Assembly (NCBI GenBank): GCA_964187785.1
Contig: OZ076409.1
Span: 29,762,001-29,826,000 of the forward strand
From: Amphiscolops sp. MND2022
Taxonomy: Eukaryota
DNA: 64,000 nucleotides
Direction of reading: 5' to 3'
Part shown: positions 51,547 through 64,000 of the stretch, piece after piece
Numbering within the stretch: the stretch's first letter is position 1
Layout of the letters: each line of letters opens with the position of its first letter
The notes under the pieces: model-generated
The model's input: only the letters and a program-made list of their open reading frames with translations
What the model was told of the DNA's origin: nothing
Databases searched by the model: none
Translations under genes and position numbers: made by a program

Positions 51547-52900
51547 TTCTTCAATCCTGCTATCTTGAACGTCAGGTGGACTCCTGGTGTAATAGTTGAC
51601 TGAGTGCATGTCCAACTCTGCTCACCTATAAGCACATAGGTCTCAAGATCAACTTCGTGTTGGCAGAAAACCTGGATTTTCTACTTTTACGTTTCGGATC
51701 CCCTTTCTACAAAATTTCCTACAAAAAAATTTCAGAAATAGATTCTGAAAACAAAAAAAAGCAACCAAGACTAACTACCATAAACAACCACGCACTATTC
51801 CCTTTCTTTCCCTATTGTCGACAAACAATACAAATAAATTCACAAAACTTAAATAATACAAATAACTTCAAAAATGTTTTCAATAATCAACAAAAATAAC
51901 AATAACAAACAAACTCAAACTTACCTCAAGTACTTCCAATAATAATAATTTTAACATAATCCTACAAAACAATTATTTTAACAAAATACAACATACAATT
52001 TTCACAACTCTTTTGCTTTAAAACTTAAAATAAGGCATGTAAACAACACAAACAAAGTAAAGTTAGTTTTCTACTTTCAGGCACCCACAATTCCTATCCC
52101 CTCCCGTAAGACTTAGCCAATCAGACAGCCTCACCAGCGTACTCTGATTCTAAGACTGACTAAAAACCTTAATTAAGTGTAAACGTTTTTAAGGAGAATC
52201 GAGAGGACACCGAACTACGTTCGAATCTTCAAAATTCTCAGGAAGTAAAAGTAAAAGTAAAAAAAACAAAGATCAAATTTTGATCTTGATCAGTATTGAT
52301 CAGACTTTGGATAGTGGACGTTGATTGTTCAGAGTTCCACTCCTTTAGTCTTAAAACACACAACCCACTTAAAATTAAAACAACCTTAGTTTTTTCTGGA
52401 CGTGTCAGTAACCTTATGTTAGACACCTTAAAGTGATCCAGACTTAAAATAACATTTAGTTTCTGTTAGCAATCCTTTGAGGTTGAATACAGATCCTACT
52501 GCACCCGCTTATTTCTTCTCTATCCTAAAATATTAACTTCTCAAATAACTTCAAATTACAATACAACTTATATGAACCCAAACCAAGAAGTTTATCCTTT
52601 CAACTTTTACATTCCACCAATTAGCTCACTTCAAAACCCTACACCAAACGATTTTGAAAGATTAATTGAACGATATCAACGATATTTCTTCTTTATCATA
52701 AATCAACAAAGAAATTACCCAAGAGCTCGAACTTAGAAAATCTTTATACAAGACATTTCAACGTTATAACCTTCACATTATAACATGTGGGAAAAGGTTA
52801 CCACAGTAGTACTCATTACAACATACACGTTTTGTGTCTTATTCATAGTTTGTGTTCTTCTTGAAAAAATACTTACAGTGATAAGAGATAAACTTTAAAA

Positions 52901-55900
52901 ATGTCCTCAACGACAACCCCTCTACCTTTCCAAACTCCCGTCATTAAAAATGCAAAAGTTGTACAATTAGAACTAAACCCATTTTTACAAAACATTATTT
53001 CACATTATACACAACCACTCCCATTTGAAAATGAACCACGCACAATTGAAACAATCCCTCTTATTAGAGAACATTTGGACACATACCTTTTCTATATTAG
53101 ATATAAAGTTTTAACAATCACCGAAGAATACCCAACTTTTCAAATATCCTTTCCTCAACAAAAACTTAACTCATCTCATATATACAGAAGAACAATAAAC
53201 CCAATAAACCTTCACGTTCCTATTAAACAAGTTTTTCATGCTTTTCTAAATAATGTAAAAGACCACAATTTAGCACACGAAATTCCAAAATATAGTCCAA
53301 ATGCACTCGACGATCTTCAACGATACATAGACAATTTCGACGTAGAAATTATTGAAACATTGGTGAATCCTGAAGACAACCCTCATCATTGGTTACAAGC
53401 TGATATATTACGAATTCAAAATTTCATCTACCACTACTTCAAAGACCTAACATTAAATGACCAAACAATTCCTCAGATCAAAGTAATATCTTTATTTCTC
53501 AGAAAATATTTCAGATTTAATTATCAACTATTATGGTCTCAACAAGATCAATCTGCTTTTACAGAATTTCCAGATCAATTTACATTAGAAAAATGTTTAC
53601 CATTCATCATCAGTGAACAAAATGAACACCCTTACTTTCATAAACCACAATTAATTACAAAACAAACCTTAGATTACAAACGTTTCGATCCTCTATTAAT
53701 TACAGAAAATGATCTACTCCCAGATAATAGACCTTACCACTATCAACAAAATTCTCAAGATCAACAAAATTTACATTTTAACACTAACAATTCTACTGAA
53801 GATGATAACACCGATCAGGAAAATACAACCCAACAACAAAATCAACCTGAAAACTATAACGATAACGAGTTTACTACCCAAGAATCTACAATCTCAACAT
53901 GTAATCCATCACAAACAGGGACATCAACATCAGTACATACTCACTCCTTTAGAGTTCCCACTAGAGTTGTAAATCAAAGACAAAATATACATAGTCCTCA
54001 ATCTCATTTAGATACATCTCCAAACCGTAATATAACTTTTAACCTTCCACATACAGATGACATAAACGATGAAACCCATGATACATTACAGTATAATACT
54101 ATGACTACATCTAGTGCTCAGAATACTTCTGCTAATGTTGCATCTCCAACAAGAACTACCTCTGATTCTACAAGATACATTACTCGACCTAGATATGATC
54201 CTCCATCAATTCCCTCCGCCTTTCGCTCAAACAGATCGACCACTTCTAGTAACAACTTTAATGATAATCCTCAAACTTCCAACCGATATTACGATCCATT
54301 TAATTATAACTTTTATCCTCCATCAAACACAACTACCAATACAAATATAAACCAAAACCACTCTCAAATTAATACAATTTCAACAACACAAAACCCCTTC
54401 ATACAATTATCAAATACCAATACATCCTAGAATATATATTCTCAAAATCGAGGAAACTCGTGTACTTCCATTTCCTATTCTAATATTACACAGGATTCTC
54501 AAAGAAGACTTCATAATCCTCCACTCACACATATACCAACTGATCCTCTGTATCAAACGCATCCAAATCCAAATCCTAACCCTAATCCTAACCCATTACC
54601 ACCAAATACAATCCAACATATACCTCCACCACTCACACAACAATTAGCTCCTCGACCCCAATATTTACCAATGCCACAAGATACCTTTATGAACATGTCC
54701 GCTTCAATACCAGAACCTATGAAACCTTTTGATGGTTTGGACCATTCTTACACCCCCGAAGAATATCTACAACAAGTCGAAGCAAGATTAACCTTCGCCA
54801 TAGGTGAAGAACCTCAAAATAATCCTATAAAATACAAATCTTGGCATAACAGACGCATGGCTTACATACAATGTTCATTAATAGGAACAGCTCTCGATTG
54901 GTACACTAACCTCCATATATCATATAAACAACAATGGAATTCCTTTGTACAACTATTCAAAAAACAATTCTCATCTCAAAAAACTGCTTACTACGCTCAA
55001 GTAGAAGCTATGTCACTCATAAAAAAGGATAATGAAACAGTTCGCCACTTCGCCCTTAGAGTACAACAATTAGTTAAAAAGGGATGGTGTAATGAAAATG
55101 CAGCTACCATAAATCTCAAAAATAATGAAATCTTTACAAAAGGGTTACCAAAGAAGTTAAAAGATTTTGCCCATAAACGACAAGTTAAACATGTATCAAC
55201 ATTACTTGAACCTTCAATACCATTTCATACACTTGTTAGACTAGACATGTCGATTCAGAAGATATTGCTAATGAAAAAATCAGAACTAACGACTTAGCCC
55301 TAGAAATAAACAAAGTATCGCTTGAAGAGGATACTAACAAAAAAGAATTTGAATACGAAGATCAGATAATGGTTACTCAAACTGGAGGCCCAAATAACAA
55401 AAGCAAACCAGCGTATAGAAATATAATATTGTTCCTATTGTCATAAAAATAATCATAGTTTTTCAAATTGTTATCAAAAACAACGTGATGACGAATACCA
55501 GAAATACAATAACCAAAGATCACGAACTCCTCAACAATCCTTTGTACAATATTTTCGCAGTAAACCTAATAATCCTCAGGAAAATCGAAATGAAAATACA
55601 AACTCTTATTCCTCAGATAATGATCGTAATAAATATAATCAAAACTACTATAATGATAGATACAGAAACAATGATAGATATCGTAGCAATAGTAGAGAAT
55701 ATTCGCAAAACAACTATAGATCAAACTCTCGACAAAGATATTATAATCGATCCCGAAGTCCGTATAGATCTCGATTTGATAATTATTATCAAAGAAGAAC
55801 TCCATCTAGATCTCCATATAGATCTCCATACAGAAATAACTCAAATTACAGCTATAATTCTCGCTCAAGATACAGATCTCGTTCTCAATCACAAGGAAAC

Positions 55901-58900
55901 TCCTTTAAACGATATAATTATCCATATAGATCTCCATCAAGACCTAGAGATTTTAGATCAAGATCTAGAACACCCTCAAGAAACAGACAACAAAACAGAA
56001 TAAATCAAGTAGACGTTAAACCCCCAAAAGAAAATGATAGTACAAAATTTGAAATCCACACCTGTCAATTGACTGAAATAGCTAATACAATCACCCCTTA
56101 TAGTTGGTTTTATCCACTATATATTCACGCCTCTGAAACAAATGACAACATATTACCTTCAAAATTAGAAATCTTATTCCTTTTAGATACTGGAGCTTTC
56201 ATATCTGTTTTGAATTTACCAACATTTCATGTGAATTCCAAACAATTAAACATCAATGTTCCAACTAACCTCCAAAACAAAAGAGCCAAAACTCTTACAG
56301 TTGCAAACCAAACTGAAGTACCACTAATACATTATATTTCGATGACCTGTTTCACTGAAGTAAATCACAAAACACGATCCTTCAATATCGATTTTGCCGT
56401 AGCAAATATCAAATACAACATTCTTGGAACACCCTTTTTCAAAAAGCACATCCAAAATATTGATTTTCAACAAAACATTATGACGTACACAGAACAACAT
56501 CCAAAGCTTTGAACAAAAACTACATTTTCTACATTTACAGAAAAAGATTATCCATATATTTCTTACATTTATACTATTAAATGTAAGGAACCAATTCACT
56601 TTAAACCAAGGTCAGGAAAAACCATACATTTTCCAATTAAAAACTATTCAAATCTACATTTTGAACTCGAAGATAATACGAAGTTCTACCCAACAAACCC
56701 ATATACATATTTCTTACAAAAATTTAAACATATCTTTCATTTCTTAGACATGATAATCAATGAAAAAAGCAAAGACTCATGTGCAACCATAATTCAAAAC
56801 TTTACATCTTACCCAGCTACATTACCACGAGGTATTATTGGATATATAGAAATACCTATTACGCAAACAACTCCTCCTCACTACAGAGTTAACGATGTAA
56901 ATTCACTCATTCACTCTGTAATACATGCATATCACCCTGATACCACAACCCCGATTAAACAAAATCCATATACAGATATGAACTTATGTACTAGGGTAAT
57001 ACCACAATCCCTATTAGAAATAAACAAGATAGAAATTAACGACAAAACACTTCAACTCCCTATACCTTCTGTTACTGGAAACCTTCGACCTTCAGATAAA
57101 ATTCGAAAAAATTTCCCTCCATTACCCTATTCTACAGAAAATCAACAATTCATAAAGAAGTGCAATTTCGAATACTCAGATTTAACCGATACAGAATATG
57201 TAAATCTCTGCAATATTCTAATTAACAACCAAAATTGTTACGCCAAACATAAAAACGACGTAGGAAAGATTTCTACTCCTTTTCGAATTAGAATAAAAGA
57301 TAATTGTAAACTTCACACACAAAGACCTTCTAAAGTACCTATCCACTATAGAGAGACTAAATAAACTTTTACTAGAACTCGAAAAATACAACATCATAAA
57401 ACAAATTGGTTCGACAACAGATGAAAAACATACTATTGGAACAACATTTTTAAACTCTTTAATTATTATCCCAAAAGGAGACGCAATAAAAGTTGTTTTA
57501 GACGCAAGACATCTAAACTCAAACACTAACCAAGAACTTGAATCTTGGCCTATTGAACCTTTAGCTCCTCAATTAGCTAGAGCAAATAAAAAATACAAAT
57601 CAACTATTGATCTAATGTATGCATATGCTCATACACCATTAGATGAAGAAACAATTAAACTTACAGGATTTTCATCCGGTGACAAATTATACGCCTTTAT
57701 CCGTGGATTTTACGGATTAAAAGGACTTCCAAACTTTTTCACAAAACAAATGTCAACTTTCTTTAGATCACTTATAGACAAACGTTCTGCGTTAGTTTAT
57801 ATAGATGATATTCTACTTCTCGCAAAAGAAAAACAAGAAATGTTTGAACTTATGAAAGAATTACATACAATAGCATCTCGAGAAAATCTCAAAATTGCAC
57901 CTGAAAAATCGTTCTACATGTTACTCAAAGTAAAATTCCTTGGACATGAAATTGGTAACAACACAGTTAAGCCAATTCCATCCAAAATTGAAGCTATTAA
58001 AAGAATCCCATCACCAAAAGAAAAGAAAGATGTTATGCAATTTCTTGGCAGTGTTAACTTTATTCAAAATTCATTGAAAAACTTCATATAAACCTTAAAC
58101 CATTGTATACATTACTACATGATGATGTTAAATTTCAATGGACACCTGAATTAGAAAAACTATTTCAAAATGTTAAAAACGCAATGACAGCAGACACTGA
58201 ATTAACAATACCCAACACCACGCATCCATTTTTTATAACAGTAGATGCTTCGTTAGTAGGTTCAGGCGCAGTCTTATTCCAAATGAACGAAGAAAATAAG
58301 ATGAAAGTAATCTCTTATAACTCCAGAATTCTCAATACACAAGAACAAAAACTTTCAACTTTAGACAGAGAACTTCTTGCAATAGTTTACGCATTACAAA
58401 TATATGAATTTTTGATCATTGGATCTCCTCATCCTATATATCTCTTCACAGATCACAAGCCTTTACTACATTGTTCCGCAAAGAAAGGAAATCTTAGTCC
58501 TAGATTCTATAGAGCACAAATGCAATTAACCAAATTTTGCAAATTAAAAATCATTCATACCCCTGGAAAAAATTTAACTGTAGCAGATATGCTTTCAAGA
58601 ACCTTTACAAAAGAACAGCTACAAGTACACCAATTACGACACAAACAATTACCACCCCAAATAGATTTCTCTATCATGAAAGATAATCAACTCAAACCAG
58701 TACATTATTTAGTAAAACATGAAGAAATAAAATATAATCAAAAAAATGATTGTCATCCTATCCTCGCTGACTACGGAGACGACCAATTCTCCATCCGTAT
58801 AAATAACAAAGGAGAAGATATACATATAAAGCCTTTAGATTCCTTCTCTTTTCAATCTATTGTTCCATTCGAATCAAAATATAAAAAGCCTACAAAAAAA

Positions 58901-61009
58901 CAAGCAAAATCTCTTTTACAACAATCGACAATTCTTAATGATACTGACATTCTTAGTGATGAAGATGAAATAACACCATCGAATAATATCCAACAACAAA
59001 ACTCGAACATAGTAAAAGAATACACCCTTGCTATACAATATCCTACCAAATCTGACTATTGTACACAACAAGTTCCATTTTTTGATCCATCCTTTTTCAA
59101 ATACAAAAAAATATTTTAATTACTTCTTCCTACCAGAAGATACACAAATAACCATTGAAACAATAAAAACTCAACAAAATCAAGATACTGTTTTACAAAA
59201 GGTTTACCAATGGATACTTAATAATGAAAGACCCTTACAAATAGACCCAACAATTGCAGCTAACTCTTTCTTATTAGTATATTACAAACTCTTCAACCAA
59301 TTATATATTAATCATGATACAAAAATTATTCACATAGATTATCCTAATCTTCACGATTCAAACCCGAATCAAAGAGACAAAATATGTCTACCATTTAAAC
59401 TTTTCCACACAGCTTTTAACAAACTTCATGCTCATGGACATTCAGGAATAAAAATATCCATCAAAGCTTTCAACCAATTTTACTTCATACCGTACCTGAA
59501 TAAAGGGATGTCAATATTCATCCATGATTGCATTGAATGCCAACAAAATAAACATATTAACCAAAAATTACAAACTGCATCTATACAAACCTTCTCAGAA
59601 AATGCTTCATATTTTAATTGCCGAATATCAATGGATACAAAAGGACCTATAAACCCACCATCAAATCAAAATTCATACATTCACGTTATAGTAGACGCTT
59701 TTAGTCACTTTGTAGTAACAGTACCCATAAAACAAAATAATGCTCAAAACGCTGTTAAATCATTACTACATCATTGGATAACAAAATTTGGACCTCCTGT
59801 ATACCTAGTTACCGACCGTGGAACAGAATATATTAATTCAGAATTTGCAAATCTTTGTACCACAATGGGAATTAGACATTCACCAAGAACTCCTTATGCA
59901 CCATGGACAAATGGTTTAGTTGAAAATCAAAACAGAAATCTTGGAACTCATCTCAGACTTTTCTTACATAACACTCCAGAAAATTGGTCAACTCAAGTCC
60001 ATATGTATGCTTATGCACATAATTCACAACCACTTTCTGAATTAAACTTATCTCCATATGAAATAGTATTCCATACTATACCCAGAATTCCAATCAACTT
60101 TGAATTCAATCTCCAAAGAGATACATATAGAAATTGTACTTCTCAATATTGTCAAGAATTACCACTTCATACACACTATGACAAATCAAATCTTAACCCT
60201 TTCTTTCATAAAATTTTAGCTAAACCAATTCCACAATGGATCTTAGCTACTGAAACTGCTATGATACAGATATACCATACGGTATATGAAAACACAAAAA
60301 GAAAGATTAATTCCTATGCTTATTTTAACAGAACGTATCACAATCCAAGACCCTTAGATATTGGTACATTTGTACTAAAAAGAAATTTTCTCCATGTTCA
60401 TTTTTCCGATAAATTAAAACCTCTCAGAATTGGCCCATTCAAAATTATTAACAAACTCTCCGATATAACATATGAAATTGTTAATCAAGATGGTTATACA
60501 TCGCACATACATAGAAATCATTTAATTCCTTATTATCCAAAAGAACCAGTTTTTTCCCTTTCATACAACAATATAACCCTCATTTATTTAATGACTGTCA
60601 TCCAAATACAAACGATCAAATAATTAACTCTGATGAAGACAAATTTACAGACGAAGAACAATTTCCTTCCACAACATTTAATAAAGAAACGGATATACCA
60701 TCCACGATTGACTTACAACCAGAACCATTTAACCAATATTCTTCATTTCCATATAAACAAAAAGAACAAATTCCTCAAAATACCTCCCTGGATAACCAAT
60801 CAGATATTCATGATTATGATAATTTTATTAATCCCCGAAGAGACTCCTATAATAGACACAATTTCCGCCCACAACCAAGAAAAGACTACCGACTCTTTCT
60901 TGGTGAAAAGGATATAATTTCACTTTCTCAAAAATCCTGCGGAAAAACGGAATACAGAAAGAAATACACACAAAGAAAGTTTGAAAGAAAGAAAAAGTTT
61001 GAAGCTTAA
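52901..61009 (+). pseudogene. gag-pol: Gypsy gag-pol (apparently one original frame), disabled
   Basis: Capsid region (PFDGLD...LIGTALDWY), zinc knuckle CSYCHKNNHSFSNC (55430), RS-rich tract, protease LLDTGA (56186), RT YIDD (57798), RNase H (VDAS/ELLA/TDHKPL/VADMLSR), and integrase HHCC, D,D,E and GPF motifs. Stops at 54428 and 56510; frameshifts near 55240, 55423, 57358, 58062, 59110 and 60552. Confidence 0.93.
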
Positions 61010-61127
61010 TGCGAAAATAAATGAAATTTATTTCCCGAATGAGAATAAAAGAAAGAAATCCTAATTGATATAAAACTATAACTATTTTACAAGCTGAAAC
61101 TAACTATCATAACACAACGATTTCAAA

Positions 61128-62529
61128 ATTGATAGACATATTCACTCAACATCATCAACTACAAATAACTCTTCTTCTAGTTCAACACATTCACTCCAAA
61201 GATTACCTGAATATACAGCATATTTAAACTCAGATACAGACATACTGGATTCCTCATCCTCAACTCCCAGTCCATCCGCTCCATATACTCCTGATAGAGT
61301 ACCAACAACACCTACTAATACACCTATATCCCAAACTCAACCACAAATATTAACAACTCAATCACAATCTATTTCACGAAATCTAACATTTTTAGAAACA
61401 AATTCACCACTTTCTGACTCTAATGATGAAACACCTACAATACCAAATACACAAGATACTTCAGATATTTTGAATAGACCTCCTCTTCCACCGATTACTA
61501 CCACTCGTTCTATTTATATCCCTGATCCTAGCTCAGTCCTACAATACATAAATTCTTGTCCACACAAAGTACCAACTGCAACGAAAACAAAAAGAAAAAC
61601 TCCTTTACTTACATTACCACAAAATCTTGATTTACCATCATCAAGTAATATCCCAATAACATTTTTACCAGAACCTTCATTAAAATCACCAACGAAAAAA
61701 TCACAACAATACCCAACTCCTTCACCATCGGAACTAAGTTCCTTCACATTTTCTCAAATATATCCCAAGCTTGAATTACAACGTGTACATTCAACAACTA
61801 CCTCTTCATTAACAGACTTATATCATAAAGATAAAGACTCTGACTCAATTGCTAGTACTAGAGTACCAAGACATAATTATAACCTTCGATCTCAACAACA
61901 AAGAGATTCTCAAGAATTACAATCCTTAACTAGTTCAAGTACAAACTCAAGACTACTTCGACAACACGCACAACCCAGATTGGACACTTCTTCTCTTTCC
62001 TCATCTCAGCCCACTATACCATCTTCTCTATCACTACCATTTCAAATCACATCAGGATTTGAAACAGCCTCTCTTCTTTCTGAAGAGCCAGCAACTATAT
62101 CAGATAGCGCAGCTAATTTTTCACGAGTTTACTCACCTAGTTCAATAGCATACAATTACCTGAATATTTTTAGAAGAATTCTCAAGACCTCCATCGCCAA
62201 ATCCTCACGAATATCCTATTCGTGTTAACTCAAAAATTGTTCGCACGCTTAACGAAGATCCTCGATACACGGTATTACCTGCAAGATTTATAAACAAAAG
62301 TTCACTCTCAACTCAAAGAAAACAAAGAGAACTACGAAGATTACAAGAACAACAACTCACATTAAAATTTGAAGTAGAAGTCACATTCAACTCGTTAGGA
62401 CCTCATCCATTCTCTCTTTCAACAAGAGTAGCACATAAAACAACCCCATCACCATTCATTGTTACATCCATTTCCTACCTTTGTGACGCAGATTTACCTG
62501 AGATTAGAACAGGACATAAACTTTTTTAA
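61128..62529 (+). pseudogene. Ser/Thr/Pro-rich accessory ORF between pol and env
   Basis: The frame is open from 61113 to 62228 without an ATG (possible ATG>ATT at 61128). It continues after a frameshift near 62165 to a stop at 62527-29. Confidence 0.55.
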
Positions 62530-62568
62530 TCCCTACTCAGGACTCAATTAAAGATCAATATTTTAACC

Positions 62569-64000
62569 ATGAACCAAATCACCTTTACCTTTCATTTAAT
62601 ATATATAATACAAGTTGTTAAATACACGTATATAATAAATATAGTTCACTCTTTAGTTCACCCTTCAACTGTTCCCAAAGTTGACACCACCAATTCCGAA
62701 AATCATATTTCAGACCAAGATCCTAACATTTTAAACTTAATGGTATCTCATTATGATTGTGCAAAACAAAATAACTTAAGACAATTCAGTTTATTAAATG
62801 TAGAACCATGTAAACAAGCACCCTCAGATATACAACACACAAAAACCCAAGCAACAGTTTACGTTAGAGCAAAAGCCAAAAGAATAAAAGCTTTTAAATG
62901 TGAAGCATATATAAAGACTGAGAAAGTCTGGTGTTCACAAACATTCACATCTAGTAGACGATATGATCGTTTACAATGGGGACAAAACACATTAGAACTT
63001 CCAAAAATATTGGACCCTATTGAATGCAAAAATATGATCAGATATTTAAACGCGACTGATAGCGAAGAATTAAACAACTACAATTTACAAAGCTCTTTCT
63101 CATTGTTCGATGATAGTAATTATCAAAACACAATTGAACGAATTCAGACACCATTTAGAGTAAAAAAATTGAATACATGGCATATTGGAACCTTCGTATT
63201 TGACGAAAATTATCCTGATTGGATAGTTAATGTTACACAAAATACATACTCTAGATGTCGATCAGACCGCGAACATATAATTACCCGACAAAGTTGGAAA
63301 CTTAGAATTGTTAACACCGCAATAGATTATGACGATAAAAACAATCAATTAATACATGACGGACACATATTACCATGTTATCATTCAGACGGATTTTGTA
63401 AACCAACGACCAAAACTCCATATACATTAACATGGTTGGATGAAAAATTTTGCCTCATATTTCAACTTCAAGAATTCATTGGTAGAATGACACAAATCAA
63501 AGATAGATATTGGATAGAAACCAATACCTTCATTGAAACTTCAAACATCACACAAAAACTTCAAACCGAAGGAATACAAGGAACAAAATACCCTAATATA
63601 AAAACACCACAATCAAAAGTAAGCAATCCAAGCCTTTCTCGATTTGAAATATACCCAAATGCACAAACCTTCTGTGGAAAACCTGAACCATTATTTTCAA
63701 CACAATATGATGACATCTTTGTTACATACTTAGATGGTTTTGATATGAACACAGGATTACCAAAACCACACTCAATAATTGACCAAACAATTAGTGGAAA
63801 TGTAAAATATGATGATTCAAACAAAAGGTATATATTCCCTGCATTGAATATATCAAACAATTTCGCCACTTTAGACTATGATGCCCACATTAATACAAAA
63901 ATTGATTTCACAATAAATCATGTATTTAAATCCATGACAGTACAAGAACTAAACACTCTTCATACAATATGTGAACTAGAAAGAACTCAACTGTTAACAA
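62569..64000 (+). CDS. env: Envelope-like glycoprotein, chuvirus/herpes-gB-like class III fusogen pattern (3' end outside window)
   Basis: Manual translation gives 477 codons with no stop. It has a hydrophobic N-terminus, 11 Cys and four N-glycosylation sequons (NAT, NVT, NIT, NIS). Motifs: SHYDC..FSLLNVEPC, PCYHSDGFC, TWLDEKFC, FCGKPEPLFSTQY, DYDAHINTKIDF and CELERTQL. Confidence 0.85.
   Translation, partial: MNQITFTFHLIYIIQVVKYTYIINIVHSLVHPSTVPKVDTTNSENHISDQDPNILNLMVSHYDCAKQNNLRQFSLLNVEPCKQAPSDIQHTKTQATVYVRAKAKRIKAFKCEAYIKTEKVWCSQTFTSSRRYDRLQWGQNTLELPKILDPIECKNMIRYLNATDSEELNNYNLQSSFSLFDDSNYQNTIERIQTPFRVKKLNTWHIGTFVFDENYPDWIVNVTQNTYSRCRSDREHIITRQSWKLRIVNTAIDYDDKNNQLIHDGHILPCYHSDGFCKPTTKTPYTLTWLDEKFCLIFQLQEFIGRMTQIKDRYWIETNTFIETSNITQKLQTEGIQGTKYPNIKTPQSKVSNPSLSRFEIYPNAQTFCGKPEPLFSTQYDDIFVTYLDGFDMNTGLPKPHSIIDQTISGNVKYDDSNKRYIFPALNISNNFATLDYDAHINTKIDFTINHVFKSMTVQELNTLHTICELERTQLLT

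Larger units (their letters stand above)
50280..64000 (+). mobile_element. Large env-bearing Ty3/Gypsy element (errantivirus-like organisation), truncated by the window end
   Basis: Putative 5' LTR, PBS, 2-kb leader, gag-PR-RT-RH-IN in Gypsy order, accessory ORF and env-like ORF. The plus strand is uniformly A/C-rich and G-poor. Confidence 0.9.

Noticed and set aside
54565..54595. CCTAACCCTAATCCTAACCC as an interstitial telomere
   Set aside because: It is short and imperfect, and it encodes a PNPNPN linker in the gag frame.

Overview
This is AT-rich eukaryotic (animal-like) DNA made almost entirely of transposable elements. I found no prokaryotic genes, rRNA, tRNA or CRISPR. Three LTR retrotransposons are complete, with both LTRs and 5-bp target-site duplications (TSDs). 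The first is a decayed Ty3/Gypsy element (13243-17679, minus strand). The second is a pol-less Gypsy-type element with ~1.8-kb LTRs that are protein-coding (21924-29224, minus). The third is a young but disabled BEL/Pao element (30762-39369, plus). A fourth, very large Gypsy element starts at about 50280 and runs off the window end. It has a 2-kb repeat-rich leader, a single-frame gag-pol with several lesions, a Ser/Thr/Pro-rich accessory ORF, and an uninterrupted env-like ORF (62569 to >64000) that the ORF track missed. That ORF's cysteine and motif pattern resembles chuvirus / herpes-gB-type class III fusion glycoproteins. Between these elements lie Helentron-like (HINE/DINE-1-type) repeats, CCC-terminated MITE-like elements with palindromic subterminal repeats, a ~180-bp degenerate tandem repeat, and a few probable host exons (47790-48838; 19.6-20.2 kb). 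All family assignments come from motif recognition by eye; no database search was run.
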